Virus record (IMG/VR): IMGVR_UViG_3300006033_000016
Coordinates: 32,001 to 96,000 of that record
DNA length: 64,000 nt
Direction: 5' to 3' (one strand)
DNA from: a virus
The notes beneath the pieces are model-generated. The model did no database searches and had not been told where the DNA came from. It saw only the letters and a list, made by a program, of their open reading frames with translations. Below are positions 9,778 to 19,254 of this stretch, in pieces (the stretch's first letter is position 1; each line of letters starts with the position of its first letter). Made by a program: the position numbers and the translations under genes.

Positions 9778-11124
9778 TCAAGACCCTTCCTTAACCATCC
9801 AAGGAACCTGAGTAGGCATGACATTCTTATGCGCCTCTAAGGTGTTATGATAGCACTCTGACACAGAAGAACGAGAAAAAGACACACAAGGAGGAGCTGA
9901 GATACGTGACCGTACGTCCTCCATCTTCAAACGAGGAAAGAAGATGCGGGCGGAGTCGACGAGAACGGACTCCCCGACTGTTCTTTCTGAAAGGGTGGCA
10001 GTGTCTGCTGTTGTATCATATAAATACGAGCAGGATCCGAGCTTGGTCCAAATCTTGGCTCCAGGAAGGCTAGTCTTGTTTCCAGCCATCTTTATGACAG
10101 GCTTTCCTTCCGCGGCCACTAGCTTATAGACGAAGCCCATCGAGAACCCTGGATCACTAATTCTGGAACCTATTCCGATACCGTCTATAGGTATGAATTG
10201 GCCCAGAGAAGAAATCTTCTCCTCGCAGAAATCTCCAGATACTACTATCTTGGTCCCGCTGAATCCCATACCGTCCAAGGTAGTTCTAATGAACGGAACC
10301 AGAGACTTAATTTCCCCCGAATCAAGACGGACTGCATTGAGCGGTATGTGTGTCTCGAATGATGCACGAATGGCATTAAGTATACCCTTCCTCACATCGT
10401 AAGTGTCAATGAGAAGGGAGTTGGTTTCGGGATAGGACCTAAGAAAATCCTTGAACGCAGATAGCTCCCCACCCAAACCATAGGACATGACATATGAATG
10501 GGCCATAGTGCCTCGAACAGGCGTGCCGTAGACTCGGCCTGCCTCTAAATTAGAGGTGGCGTCAAATCCGCCAACAATCGAGTCCACTGCCACATGAACT
10601 GCCTGAGCCTCATGAATTCGACGAGTACCAAACTCGAAAAGAGATATTCGAGAAGGAGTCACTCGTCGAATCTTGTGAGCAAGTGATGCTGTACGGACAG
10701 AAGAGTTCAAGATACTGAGTATCTGTGTCTCCAGGAGATGGACCCAGCATATGGGGCCACAGACTTGTACTACGGGGTGATCGTAATAAATGCGCTCTCC
10801 ATCAGGAGCACACACTATGCTGACACGTTTAAACGATTGTACAAAATCATTATGAAGCCAGGCGTGAAAGTCGTCAACGTGGCCGTGAGGAATGAAAGAT
10901 TCCAAAAGATCTTTAGTAATAAGGGAGACGGAATCTAGAAAGGAAGAGGTGTGTACCAGCTCTGCTATCCTATACGCTCCAGACATGATAATGTCATTTG
11001 TTGACAAATCCGTTGGAACCCTGCGGAAGTATGCCTCTGCTGTCGCCAACACCTTGTGTCGACCACTCCTCCAATGGGAGTAGACCATTGCCAGCTGATA
11101 GAAGTCGGTGTTTGTGATGTACAT
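9778..11124 (-). CDS. pncB: nicotinate/nicotinamide phosphoribosyltransferase (PncB type)
   Basis: TDFYQL, LLET, EFGTRR, TSN, GTMAHS, IDTYD, VRLDSG, GFVYKL. Confidence 0.9.
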   Translation of the reverse strand: MYITNTDFYQLAMVYSHWRSGRHKVLATAEAYFRRVPTDLSTNDIIMSGAYRIAELVHTSSFLDSVSLITKDLLESFIPHGHVDDFHAWLHNDFVQSFKRVSIVCAPDGERIYYDHPVVQVCGPICWVHLLETQILSILNSSVRTASLAHKIRRVTPSRISLFEFGTRRIHEAQAVHVAVDSIVGGFDATSNLEAGRVYGTPVRGTMAHSYVMSYGLGGELSAFKDFLRSYPETNSLLIDTYDVRKGILNAIRASFETHIPLNAVRLDSGEIKSLVPFIRTTLDGMGFSGTKIVVSGDFCEEKISSLGQFIPIDGIGIGSRISDPGFSMGFVYKLVAAEGKPVIKMAGNKTSLPGAKIWTKLGSCSYLYDTTADTATLSERTVGESVLVDSARIFFPRLKMEDVRSRISAPPCVSFSRSSVSECYHNTLEAHKNVMPTQVPWMVKEGS

Positions 11125-11876
11125 GAGTTCTCACTTCAGATCAATGGCAGGGGACCAACTAAAATTGACTGTCTCCCAGTCGGAACCAAGACGATAGTAC
11201 ACTTGACCAAAGTAGCCAAGTAGCCACTCCTCTTCCTGTTCTAGAGGAATGTAGGATGGAACCATGGGGTCGCCTCGCTGGTCTAATCCTCCTATACCAC
11301 AGAAAGGGATATTTTCGCAGAAGTCTAGGTCTGCTTCTATCCACCCACGAAGAAAAGCCCCAGAGCTATCCTCTTTAGGAACGTAAGTGTCTGCGTAAGA
11401 GGGAATTGAGAAAGAACGTTTCCTATAGCTGTGTTTCATATTTCTTCTTGAGCCTCGCTAGTTGTTCTCTTTCTTTCATTTCTTTCTTAGAAATCTGAAC
11501 CTTGCGAGCAGCCTTTTTCTTTGCTTGAGATTCTTCATAACGAAGAATTTCTAGGTCTGTTTTCTTTAGGAAACCAGAAGCCCTTAACGTTACGGCAATA
11601 TACTCAGGTTCGTATCCCTCAGTGTAACTTAGGAGGTTCCAAGTTAGATCTTCTATGTTTGAAGGAAGTGTATCCCTGATATCCTCGATATTTTTATTTA
11701 CCCAGGAGTGTACCTGATCAGCCGCATCTCCAAGAAGAAACCTTACAGCCTGGTCTTCTGCGAAGACGGGCGCCTTCGGGTCTAAAACAATATCTTCTCC
11801 CAGAAGGTCAGAAAGATACACGTAGAAGTTAGCCTCTTTCTCCCACCTTTTATAGTGAGAAGAGGGGTAACTGATG

Positions 11877-12326
11877 TCAGACTTTTTGCGCATTTAGAAC
11901 CGCCCGTGATATGGAATCTACCTGGTTGTTAAGGTAGTGACGCACGTTACTTGGAGCCTGGTGCGCTTTTACGTGCTTGAAACGCACCCTACAGTTTCTC
12001 TTATCCAAGATGTTGTGTAACCAACGTCGCCACACAAACCAGTCTTCTCTTCTCAAAGAAGAAGTGTCCGCACCATACTTCAAGTAGGTGATGGCTACCT
12101 GAGAGTCAGTATTTACGCATATTCCTTCAGTTTCTCGCCACTCTCTCAGCGCTCTTCTCACACCCAAAAGAATAGCGCACATTTCTGCAGTATTGTTACA
12201 AGTGACCTGCGGAGGACAAGCCGTAGAATCAACGATTCTACCTTGGTCAGATCTTAGCCAATAGGCTACTGCTCCCTCGGATTTGGATGGATTCCAAGAG
12301 GCGTCAGTGTAACATGTTACCCACAT
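11877..12326 (-). CDS. RNase H-fold nuclease (RNase HI-like)
   Basis: YTDASW, NNTAEMCA, TDSQ, HVKAH, NNQVD. Confidence 0.85.
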   Translation of the reverse strand: MWVTCYTDASWNPSKSEGAVAYWLRSDQGRIVDSTACPPQVTCNNTAEMCAILLGVRRALREWRETEGICVNTDSQVAITYLKYGADTSSLRREDWFVWRRWLHNILDKRNCRVRFKHVKAHQAPSNVRHYLNNQVDSISRAVLNAQKV

Positions 12327-12336
12327 AGAGTGTCTT

Positions 12337-12419
12337 TGGTAGGGTCGGAGGGAGTCGAACCCTCACGGTCGCCCGGTGGAGTTTGAAACCACTGCGTCTG
12401 CCAGTTCCGCCACGACCCC
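12337..12419 (-). tRNA. tRNA-Leu(CAA)
   Basis: cloverleaf, GTGGT-TTCAAAC-TCCAC anticodon arm, ACCA end. Confidence 0.9.
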
Positions 12420-12710
12420 ATAGGAGTTATACAGAAGAGGATATCCCGAGCCTGTCGAATTCAACTCTAAATTTAGCGCCTCCCTTGTAGGAAAGGGAGA
12501 TCACATTTCCTTCTGCATCTTTTACTTGTAGGGGATAACGGCGCAGGTGATCCCCTAGGAAAGCCATTACAGCATCCTCACACCCCTCTGTCACTACTCC
12601 CTCGAAAGAAAGTGTAGCTTTCACTACAGTAGGTCGTTGTACCTTGGAGATAGAGGAGGAGGGACTCTCCACAAAGCTAGCCGTAACGGATTTTGGTTTC
12701 TTGGGCATAC

Positions 12711-13031
12711 TCAATCCAATCCAATGAGAAGACTTTTCATTCGTTCGGGGTCCAGCTCTCTGATACGCTCAGTTGCCCGTGCAACAAAAGATGGACGAGT
12801 AGGAAGCACAGGAGCCGCACGCAGCGTGATGGACAAGAAGCCTATCACCAGAAGAACGTCCAACTTGGACATGTCTACAGCGTCTAATAGCTCCCCTACC
12901 TTGTCGAACTCTCCAGCACAAAGCAAGTCATCTATGTGCTCGAACATGAAGTCTAGAATATCATGACTAGACCTGTGTAAGTGCACTTCCTGCAACTCAT
13001 CCAACCATGTATGCACGTCTTCCATCAACAA
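12711..13031 (-). CDS. hypothetical helical protein (paralog of 18241..18666)
   Basis: IDDLLCAGEFDKV versus MDDLMYAGEWEEV. Confidence 0.6.
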   Translation of the reverse strand: MLMEDVHTWLDELQEVHLHRSSHDILDFMFEHIDDLLCAGEFDKVGELLDAVDMSKLDVLLVIGFLSITLRAAPVLPTRPSFVARATERIRELDPERMKSLLIGLD

Positions 13032-13309
13032 CGGTACGAAACAGGCTTGTGCGACACACCAGTAAGCTTGTTCGATGCGCCAGTGGGTTTATGCACTTCG
13101 TTCAAGTGAGCCTGGACCTTTCCTGCGTCTTCCTTCGACAGGTGGCTTGTGTAGGAGGGGTCTATAACGTGTTCGAAAACCAAGTTTAGATGGTTCTTTA
13201 CCGCTTCGACCTGCTTGGGAGACAAGGTCTCTACGTCAGACAGCTCAAAGAATCCTTGCAGCCAGTAACAAAAAGCTTCAGGGGTCATACTAATCCTTTC
13301 TAATGCAGC

Positions 13310-13395
13310 GGTACCGAGGACAGGGATCGAACCTGCACGCCATAAATGACACTTCCCCCTAAAAGAAGCGCGTCTGCCAATTTCGCCACCTCGGC
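13310..13395 (-). tRNA. tRNA-Leu(TAG)
   Basis: GCCGAGG acceptor, loop TT-TAG-GG, variable arm, T arm; CCA incomplete. Confidence 0.88.
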
Positions 13396-13402
13396 ATGAG
13401 AC

Positions 13403-14188
13403 TCACCCGAGCAAAGATACAAGCTCGGACAATCCCTTGTATTCTACCATATCGGAAGACATGTTCAATAGAGCTTCCCTCAAAATGTTCCTTCTTTCTT
13501 CTGACAATTCCTTTACAGGATAGACGTACACACGTATCAGGAATATACTACCATCGCTGTCTGGAAGAGGAAAGGTTGACTGTCTCTCTACACGTAGGTA
13601 GGAATCCTCCAGAGAAGAAAACCTTACGGTCCTGGTGTCTGGATGCTGACTGAGAGCATCCTCTGAAGTGACAGTCCACACAAACCTAACGTAGGGCCCA
13701 CGGGTCACCATGGCCTTAACAAGGGAAGAAGACGTTCCCATAGGAAATCCAGGAATGGGCTTGTGGATTTCAGAGAACGTTTTTCCAAGGAGATGTTCGG
13801 GCCGCCACCCACTAGGAAAATTGACACTGAGCGCAACGATCTTTCCGCTATACTCGTGACCAGCAGAAAGAACGACAATGTCTTCCTGCACAGTGGACGC
13901 GAGAGAAGCGAAGAATGAAGGTACCTCTCTAGGTATAGGAAGGTCTGGAAGGTCGAGCCTCCCAACCCTCTTCATGTACAAGCAAGCATCACGAAGGAGA
14001 CCAAGATGGTCCGGACTATACTGAAAGAAGTTTCTCTTTGCCTTTTGGTTTACGTAGAGTTCGTAGAACTCATCACGCTGAAACATCTCCAGGTCTGACT
14101 TTCCATTTCCGAAGTCTGTTCCGTGTCTGAACAAGCCCAGCTTGTTCTTCTCGTCTACGAACTCAAGAGGAAAATAGAAAGGTATCAA
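13403..14188 (-). CDS. DUF3445 / heme-dependent oxidative N-demethylase alpha-like protein
   Basis: VQEDIVVL, VNFPSGW, LGKTFSEIHKPIPG, RFVWTV, LRVERQS, FLIRVY. Confidence 0.8.
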   Translation of the reverse strand: MIPFYFPLEFVDEKNKLGLFRHGTDFGNGKSDLEMFQRDEFYELYVNQKAKRNFFQYSPDHLGLLRDACLYMKRVGRLDLPDLPIPREVPSFFASLASTVQEDIVVLSAGHEYSGKIVALSVNFPSGWRPEHLLGKTFSEIHKPIPGFPMGTSSSLVKAMVTRGPYVRFVWTVTSEDALSQHPDTRTVRFSSLEDSYLRVERQSTFPLPDSDGSIFLIRVYVYPVKELSEERRNILREALLNMSSDMVEYKGLSELVSLLG

Positions 14189-14690
14189 GGACTCACCGAG
14201 ACGAACTGTACAGGAGCCGAGGTGACACCTTCGATGTCAGAAATCAACACATTCATCTTTTGCCCAGAGGGGCTGAGAGCAGTCGCAGTATCCGAGTTTT
14301 CATCGACAGACAGCAGCTTAAACACCTCAAGATGAGCGCCACCTACCCACACCATAACATTATCTCCTTCCCTGATGGAGAAATCCTTGTTTGGCAGGGT
14401 AAATCCAGATTTAGAAAGAATGGAAACAGTAGCGCGGCCAAATTCTCTTTCTATGTGGTCAGCAAGTTCCCTGAGCCTCTGGGGTGTTAGGGGCAGGGTA
14501 GTAAGAGTCAGGGTCGTGCTATTTCCGCTATTGGAAACAAGGACAAGCTCCTGATTCCAAAACAACCCCTTTGGATCCTTTTTACCGTCCGGAGTTTCGT
14601 CGCCGTTGTGAAAGATCTTCAACGAAAACCACAGGTCATCAGAGTCATTAGCCAAGGTAAATCTAGATTCGCGAACGAGTTCAGGCTGTG

Positions 14691-15173
14691 TCATGTTCTT
14701 TTCCTGTTCTTCTTATAGGATTCCCATCGAGCAGTTTTTCTGTCGAAGGAAAAGCCTCCTTCAAGTCTTTTGATGGCACTAAGTAACATCTGTACTTCGC
14801 CTTGAAGATCGCACTCAGAGCGACATGGCGCCTCTTTCTCGATACGGACTACTCCCCCACAGATATAGGCAAGACCACACCAGTCAGGAACTTCATGTGG
14901 AAGTATCAGATCTTTGGGAGTTAGGTACCATCTGTATCTGCCTACTCCGCACCAGTTGTGTATAGCGGCTGCCTTGGTGCGTAATTCCTTCTGAAAATCC
15001 TTCCTTGATATCTTACACTCTACGGCATGAGAGATCCCATTGTGCCAACCAATGACATCAGGAACTTCGCTGTGGGAAGTGGTCATTTCGGCATAGACCG
15101 TAGAACACTTGTTTTGGCCTCTAAGCCACCTAACTGCACGATGAACCACTTCAGCGTGAGATAATGATTTCAT
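14691..15173 (-). CDS. PD-(D/E)xK nuclease, MmcB-like phage family
   Basis: EVPDVIG, VECKISRKDF, EVPDWCGL. Confidence 0.7.
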   Translation of the reverse strand: MKSLSHAEVVHRAVRWLRGQNKCSTVYAEMTTSHSEVPDVIGWHNGISHAVECKISRKDFQKELRTKAAAIHNWCGVGRYRWYLTPKDLILPHEVPDWCGLAYICGGVVRIEKEAPCRSECDLQGEVQMLLSAIKRLEGGFSFDRKTARWESYKKNRKRT

Positions 15174-16523
15174 CTTGGATATACAGGCTGGGACCGTGAC
15201 ACCAGTACGGAACGTTCAGTTGGAGTGAGAAGAGGCCAAACCAAATCTCTGGCATGAGACAGGGCCGCATGCTTTAGCTTGTTGTCGAGAGCAGCTACTG
15301 CCTCTGATTCCAAAATCAGGTACACAGCCACAAGAGGTACGACCTCCATGGACATATCGATCATAGGTCGTACTCTTCTTTCTTCTTCTCTTTGCTGAAC
15401 CGAGAATAGAAGAAGGAAAGCATCTCACTGGGCTCTTCTCCTGACTCTATTTTCATCCTGTAGATGTCCAGAACTATCGTTCTTATCATGAAGTGCACTC
15501 CTTTCAGGACGAAAAGAGTGAACACAAAGAACAGAAGGGGAAGAGTTTCAACGAAAGTGACGAGGATTGCTTCCCACAATCTCATGTGTTCTTCTCCCTT
15601 TTACCAACTGGGTTAGGGTCAGGTGTATATTCCTCGCCAAGGATGGCTAGAGTGTACCGCCATTCTATCTCGCGATTACAATCCAAGGAACAAGTCCTAA
15701 ATTTAGATCCTATGGCAGCACTAGGCAAGGTGTTCATCTCCTTACCGCAGCAGTTACAAAACCACTTCAATTTGGAAAACAACATCAAATAGGACCCTCG
15801 TCATCAAACAACGAAAGAAGGATACGCACGTCATTTGCATGTGAGGCAAGCCTTCCTAGGTAGAAGGAAGGAGAGTCTAGGCGGTCCGCCTCTGAGGGAT
15901 CGTTGGAGAGTCCCAGCAACGTTACCTTTGCGGAGGGAAATTCATCTACTCTTCGCGTCACACGAATCAACGCCCTGCGAGCTAGACGGATACCTTCCAG
16001 CACAGCCCATAGACGGCGTATCTCCTCTAGGTCGCACCCATACATGTCTTCTCGACGACCTAATTCGTCACGAAGAAGAGCACGTTGCGTATCTGCCGCT
16101 GACTTGAGGGCGTCAAGAGACGCGCCCACACGCTTGCGTAAACCTGATTGAGTCGGAATCACGACAACCTTATCTCTACGCCACGGATTTCACCAAAATT
16201 ATCCAAAACTAGACGTGTGGAAATATACTTAGACAGTTCTTTATTGAGAACGTGTACTACGTCAGCAGGATGAAATTTGACTAACAATGGATGGTTCATC
16301 ACAAGTTGAACTGTAGGTTTTGTCACCTTAAGTGAGTCACACATCCACCTAGAAAGCATCTCTGCCACAAGGGGAGGGACATGTTCAGCCACGTCCCTCC
16401 TTATCTCGAAGGAAAGACGATCTACAAGATAGTCTGCCTGCTCTATGTTTCCTCGTACAGATATCTCGTTGTGCGACGATAGTACGTTTTTCCAATCCAT
16501 ACTTCCTCCTGTGCTGCTTAAAC

Positions 16524-16554
16524 AGAAAGGGCCCGCAAATTGCGGGCCCTTTCT
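16524..16554 (-). terminator. intrinsic terminator after Ro60 gene
   Basis: AGAAAGGGCCCGCAA-A-TTGCGGGCCCTTTCT inverted repeat 4 nt after the stop codon. Confidence 0.85.
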
Positions 16555-16557
16555 AGC

Positions 16558-18183
16558 TCAGTCCACTTGCATGGACTCTATTCTCTCAACCCAAAAGCTG
16601 GAGTCTGACCCCTGGGCGAAAGCAGAGACTACCTCAAACACGCTGTCAGAAAAACCGCCAATGTTGAGAACGGAGTTCCGCTCATCGGCGACTTGAGTCG
16701 TGGCATACGGCTGAATGTCGATGCAAACCAGCTTGCAGTCAGGGTTCTTCGCCTTGATGCGCTGCCAGCCAGCCTCAGAGGCGGTGGAAGCCCTACCCCA
16801 AGAAGAGACGGGTCTATCTAGCCACGATTCGTTGTCCGATACAATGATGATAACATCAGCCTTCTTGCCTTGAAGATGCTCAAAGCAGAGCGATACAGTG
16901 GTACCACCGCCACCAAATGAGGCCAACTTCTTCGCATTTGTCATAACCGAATCTCTTGGGTTTAGAGAAGCGGCGTGCATACGCGTGTCAAAAGGAAGCA
17001 CGTTGGCAGTGGGTGACGTACGAAGAATTGATGCTGAAACAAGCGCAGCAACATCAATACAACGGACACCAGTAGTAGCGCCCTTACGATGGCCTGTCAC
17101 TGGGCTGCTCATGGAGCCAGATACGTCAGGAAATACCCATACGTTCCCAGAGAGCGGAGGAACATTCTTGGTAGCTATCTCCATAGCATCCTGAAGCGCC
17201 AGTTTCAGTGGCATGGGGATATCCGAAGACGCCTCAGTAGCCTTGTACGCCATCAGAAGTTGATACGGGAATACTCTGGAACTAGAGATTTCTTTCTCGT
17301 CCCTAAGCTTGTCCGCCAGCTTTGACACTACGTCCGCATTCTTTAGCACACCATGGCGCGCAAAAGTGTTTAGATTCATACGAACAAAGTGCCAGCCACC
17401 GTTCAATGCAATCTCGGTCCACTGCTTTGTGTCCAGGTCCAAAGAAGTAAGCAACTGGAAGGGAACCTTGGGTACAGATGCTTTCTTGGGATTGGCCTTG
17501 AAAGCCTCAAACTCCCGAATAGAGTCAGGAAGAGTGGAAGCGATTCTTGCACCTTCTTTACCCAGAAGGTAATTGAAGGTGGCATGCTTCGCTGCATCAG
17601 ACCCAGACTTAGGATGTGCCAACTTAATGACATCCACCAAAGAAGGATCGTTGCCTACGGAATCACGAAAGATTTGGTCAGCAGTTCTGCGGTCAAACCA
17701 ATTGTTGATCACGCTCTTGCCCATGGTGCCGAGGCTCTTCCGCCCCGTAACACCAGATCGAACTACCTGCACGAAGTTTCGGAGCATCTTTGCGTTGTCA
17801 ATGACAATCGGAAAAACGGTACGAAACAAGCGGGAGGCCTCCACATCATTGTTGCCGGCACGAGCAAAAAGAACAGCCACCAAAAGGGCAGGCATGTCTT
17901 TCATGAAGGCAGACCTCCTGGAGTAAATGGCGGTCTTGGCAAGGAAGACGTTGTCCACCTTGGATGCCAGCTCCAGAGTCTTCGTCAACTGGTCCGAAGC
18001 AGAAGCGTAGTACGTGTTGCTGAAGGTGCCTGTGCAGGCATATTGCGCAAGGGCGGCACGATTTGTGAGCGGGTAAGCCAGACCTCCCGCTTCATTTCGA
18101 GTAACCTTTCCCTTAGAATCTAGGGGAACGGCCCTCGGCCTCTTACCTGCCGTAGCACCACCAAAAATAGACTTATTAGCCAT
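16558..18183 (-). CDS. rsr: Ro60-related RNA-binding protein (TROVE + vWA)
   Basis: NEAGGLAY, MKDMPALL, DVIKLAHP, RMNLNTFARHG, VFPYQLL, MIDAS DVSGSMS, GGGT, SDNESW. Confidence 0.96.
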   Translation of the reverse strand: MANKSIFGGATAGKRPRAVPLDSKGKVTRNEAGGLAYPLTNRAALAQYACTGTFSNTYYASASDQLTKTLELASKVDNVFLAKTAIYSRRSAFMKDMPALLVAVLFARAGNNDVEASRLFRTVFPIVIDNAKMLRNFVQVVRSGVTGRKSLGTMGKSVINNWFDRRTADQIFRDSVGNDPSLVDVIKLAHPKSGSDAAKHATFNYLLGKEGARIASTLPDSIREFEAFKANPKKASVPKVPFQLLTSLDLDTKQWTEIALNGGWHFVRMNLNTFARHGVLKNADVVSKLADKLRDEKEISSSRVFPYQLLMAYKATEASSDIPMPLKLALQDAMEIATKNVPPLSGNVWVFPDVSGSMSSPVTGHRKGATTGVRCIDVAALVSASILRTSPTANVLPFDTRMHAASLNPRDSVMTNAKKLASFGGGGTTVSLCFEHLQGKKADVIIIVSDNESWLDRPVSSWGRASTASEAGWQRIKAKNPDCKLVCIDIQPYATTQVADERNSVLNIGGFSDSVFEVVSAFAQGSDSSFWVERIESMQVD

Positions 18184-18240
18184 GAGACACCTCCATAGGA
18201 GTAGGGTTAATACACTAACGCACCCGTACGATGCGCAAAC

Positions 18241-18666
18241 TTACTTGAGTCTGTTTTCCGTGTAAGCCACACGGTCTTCTGTTTGTCCCCATGTGTGTAG
18301 CAGGGAGTTCATTGCACGAGACAAGAAGTCCGTTCTGGCCTCTCCTAGCTTCTCCCGTGCAGCCTTGGAGAAAGCTAATACACCTGTAAGTACCGTTGGA
18401 GGATACCTGTCAGTGCATATGGAGGCCAGAACATACTTGACTTCTTCCCACTCGCCTGCGTACATGAGGTCATCCATCAGGTCTATGATGGAATCTACGG
18501 ATTTCATGTGGGAAGTTCTATCGTTAGACAGAATAGAAAAAGAAGATAAGAGCACGGAGTTAGTTCTATCCCTTAGAGTAGCCATGCCTAATCCTCTCAA
18601 AAAATGTAGCGACAGAAGATGTATGAGACGAGTTTTCTCCAATGAAATGTAGTCCCACACTAGCAT
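18241..18666 (-). CDS. hypothetical protein in Ro60/Y RNA unit
   Basis: ORF between tRNA and rsr; paralog of 12711..13031; true start probably downstream (MATLRD). Confidence 0.6.
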   Translation of the reverse strand: MLVWDYISLEKTRLIHLLSLHFLRGLGMATLRDRTNSVLLSSFSILSNDRTSHMKSVDSIIDLMDDLMYAGEWEEVKYVLASICTDRYPPTVLTGVLAFSKAAREKLGEARTDFLSRAMNSLLHTWGQTEDRVAYTENRLK

Positions 18667-18676
18667 TCGCTACGTT

Positions 18677-18750
18677 TGGTTGCGGTCGCCGGAGCTGCCC
18701 CAGGTCCTATAGGTTATGAGCCTATCGTGCGTCTACTACACTACCCCGCA
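18677..18750 (-). tRNA. tRNA with CAT anticodon (Met/Ile2), atypical T arm
   Basis: ATAGG-CTCATAA-CCTAT anticodon arm, ACCA end; T loop GGCAGCT and imperfect acceptor stem. Confidence 0.7.
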
Positions 18751-18754
18751 AAAA

Positions 18755-18877
18755 TGGACGACAGAAGGTGAAAGAGACATATACTAGCACCTTGCTCCCT
18801 CCCTAAGGAGGGCCTGGGAATCGAACCCAGATCGTTTGATTAACGGTCAAATGTAGTCCCAATCGGTCATTCGTCCG
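18755..18877 (-). ncRNA. Y RNA-like (YrlA-type) RNA 1
   Basis: terminal stem GGACGA/TCGTCC with GACGAATG motif; T arm CTGGG-TTCGATT-CCCAG followed by a closed acceptor-like hairpin. Confidence 0.85.
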
Positions 18878-18885
18878 AAACATAT

Positions 18886-19009
18886 GTGCTGACAGAATTG
18901 AAAAAGACGTAGTTACTGATGTCCTTCCATTAGACTAGATCTCCGGAGAGACCTCGGGAGTCGAACCCGAATCCCCAGTTTGGATTGTAGTCTTTCTCGC
19001 ATTCAGCAC
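18886..19009 (-). ncRNA. Y RNA-like (YrlA-type) RNA 2
   Basis: stem GTGCTGA/TCAGCAC; T arm TCGGG-TTCGACT-CCCGA, acceptor hairpin, then D arm TAGTCTAATGGAAGGAC (T before D). Confidence 0.88.
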
Positions 19010-19020
19010 GAAAAAAAAAT

Positions 19021-19154
19021 GTGGCAACAGAAATCGCAAGAGTGAATTTACGCGTGCTACTCTTACACTAAGCTGCGTCAAAAATCGCAGCCCCAGGAGT
19101 TGCACCTGGTCCTCGTCCTCCGAATGGATGTACACCCTTACAGGCATTTGCCAC
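19021..19154 (-). ncRNA. Y RNA-like (YrlA-type) RNA 3
   Basis: stem GTGGCAA/TTGCCAC; T-like arm CCAGG-TGCAACT-CCTGG, acceptor hairpin GCTGCG/CGCAGC, D-like arm. Confidence 0.82.
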
Positions 19155-19182
19155 GTAACCTATTTAGTTTTCAGAGTCGGTG

Positions 19183-19210
19183 ACTCTAGCAGTCTTCAAC
19201 CGAGTGTCAA
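19183..19210 (-). promoter_or_regulatory. sigma70-type promoter for the Y RNA-Ro60 unit
   Basis: TTGACA-16 nt-TAGAGT with extended -10 TG. Confidence 0.65.
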
Positions 19211-19237
19211 GAAAAAAGTGAAGACTCTGGTTCAACT

Positions 19238-19254
19238 AGTATGCACAGGGTTCG
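19238..19254 (-). promoter_or_regulatory. repeated phage promoter-like motif, copy 3
   Basis: minus strand CGAACCCTGTGCATACT upstream of the Y RNA cluster. Confidence 0.55.

Noticed and set aside
17389-18123. 244-aa plus-strand ORF and other long antisense ORFs
   Set aside because: Shadows of well-supported minus-strand genes with no recognisable motifs
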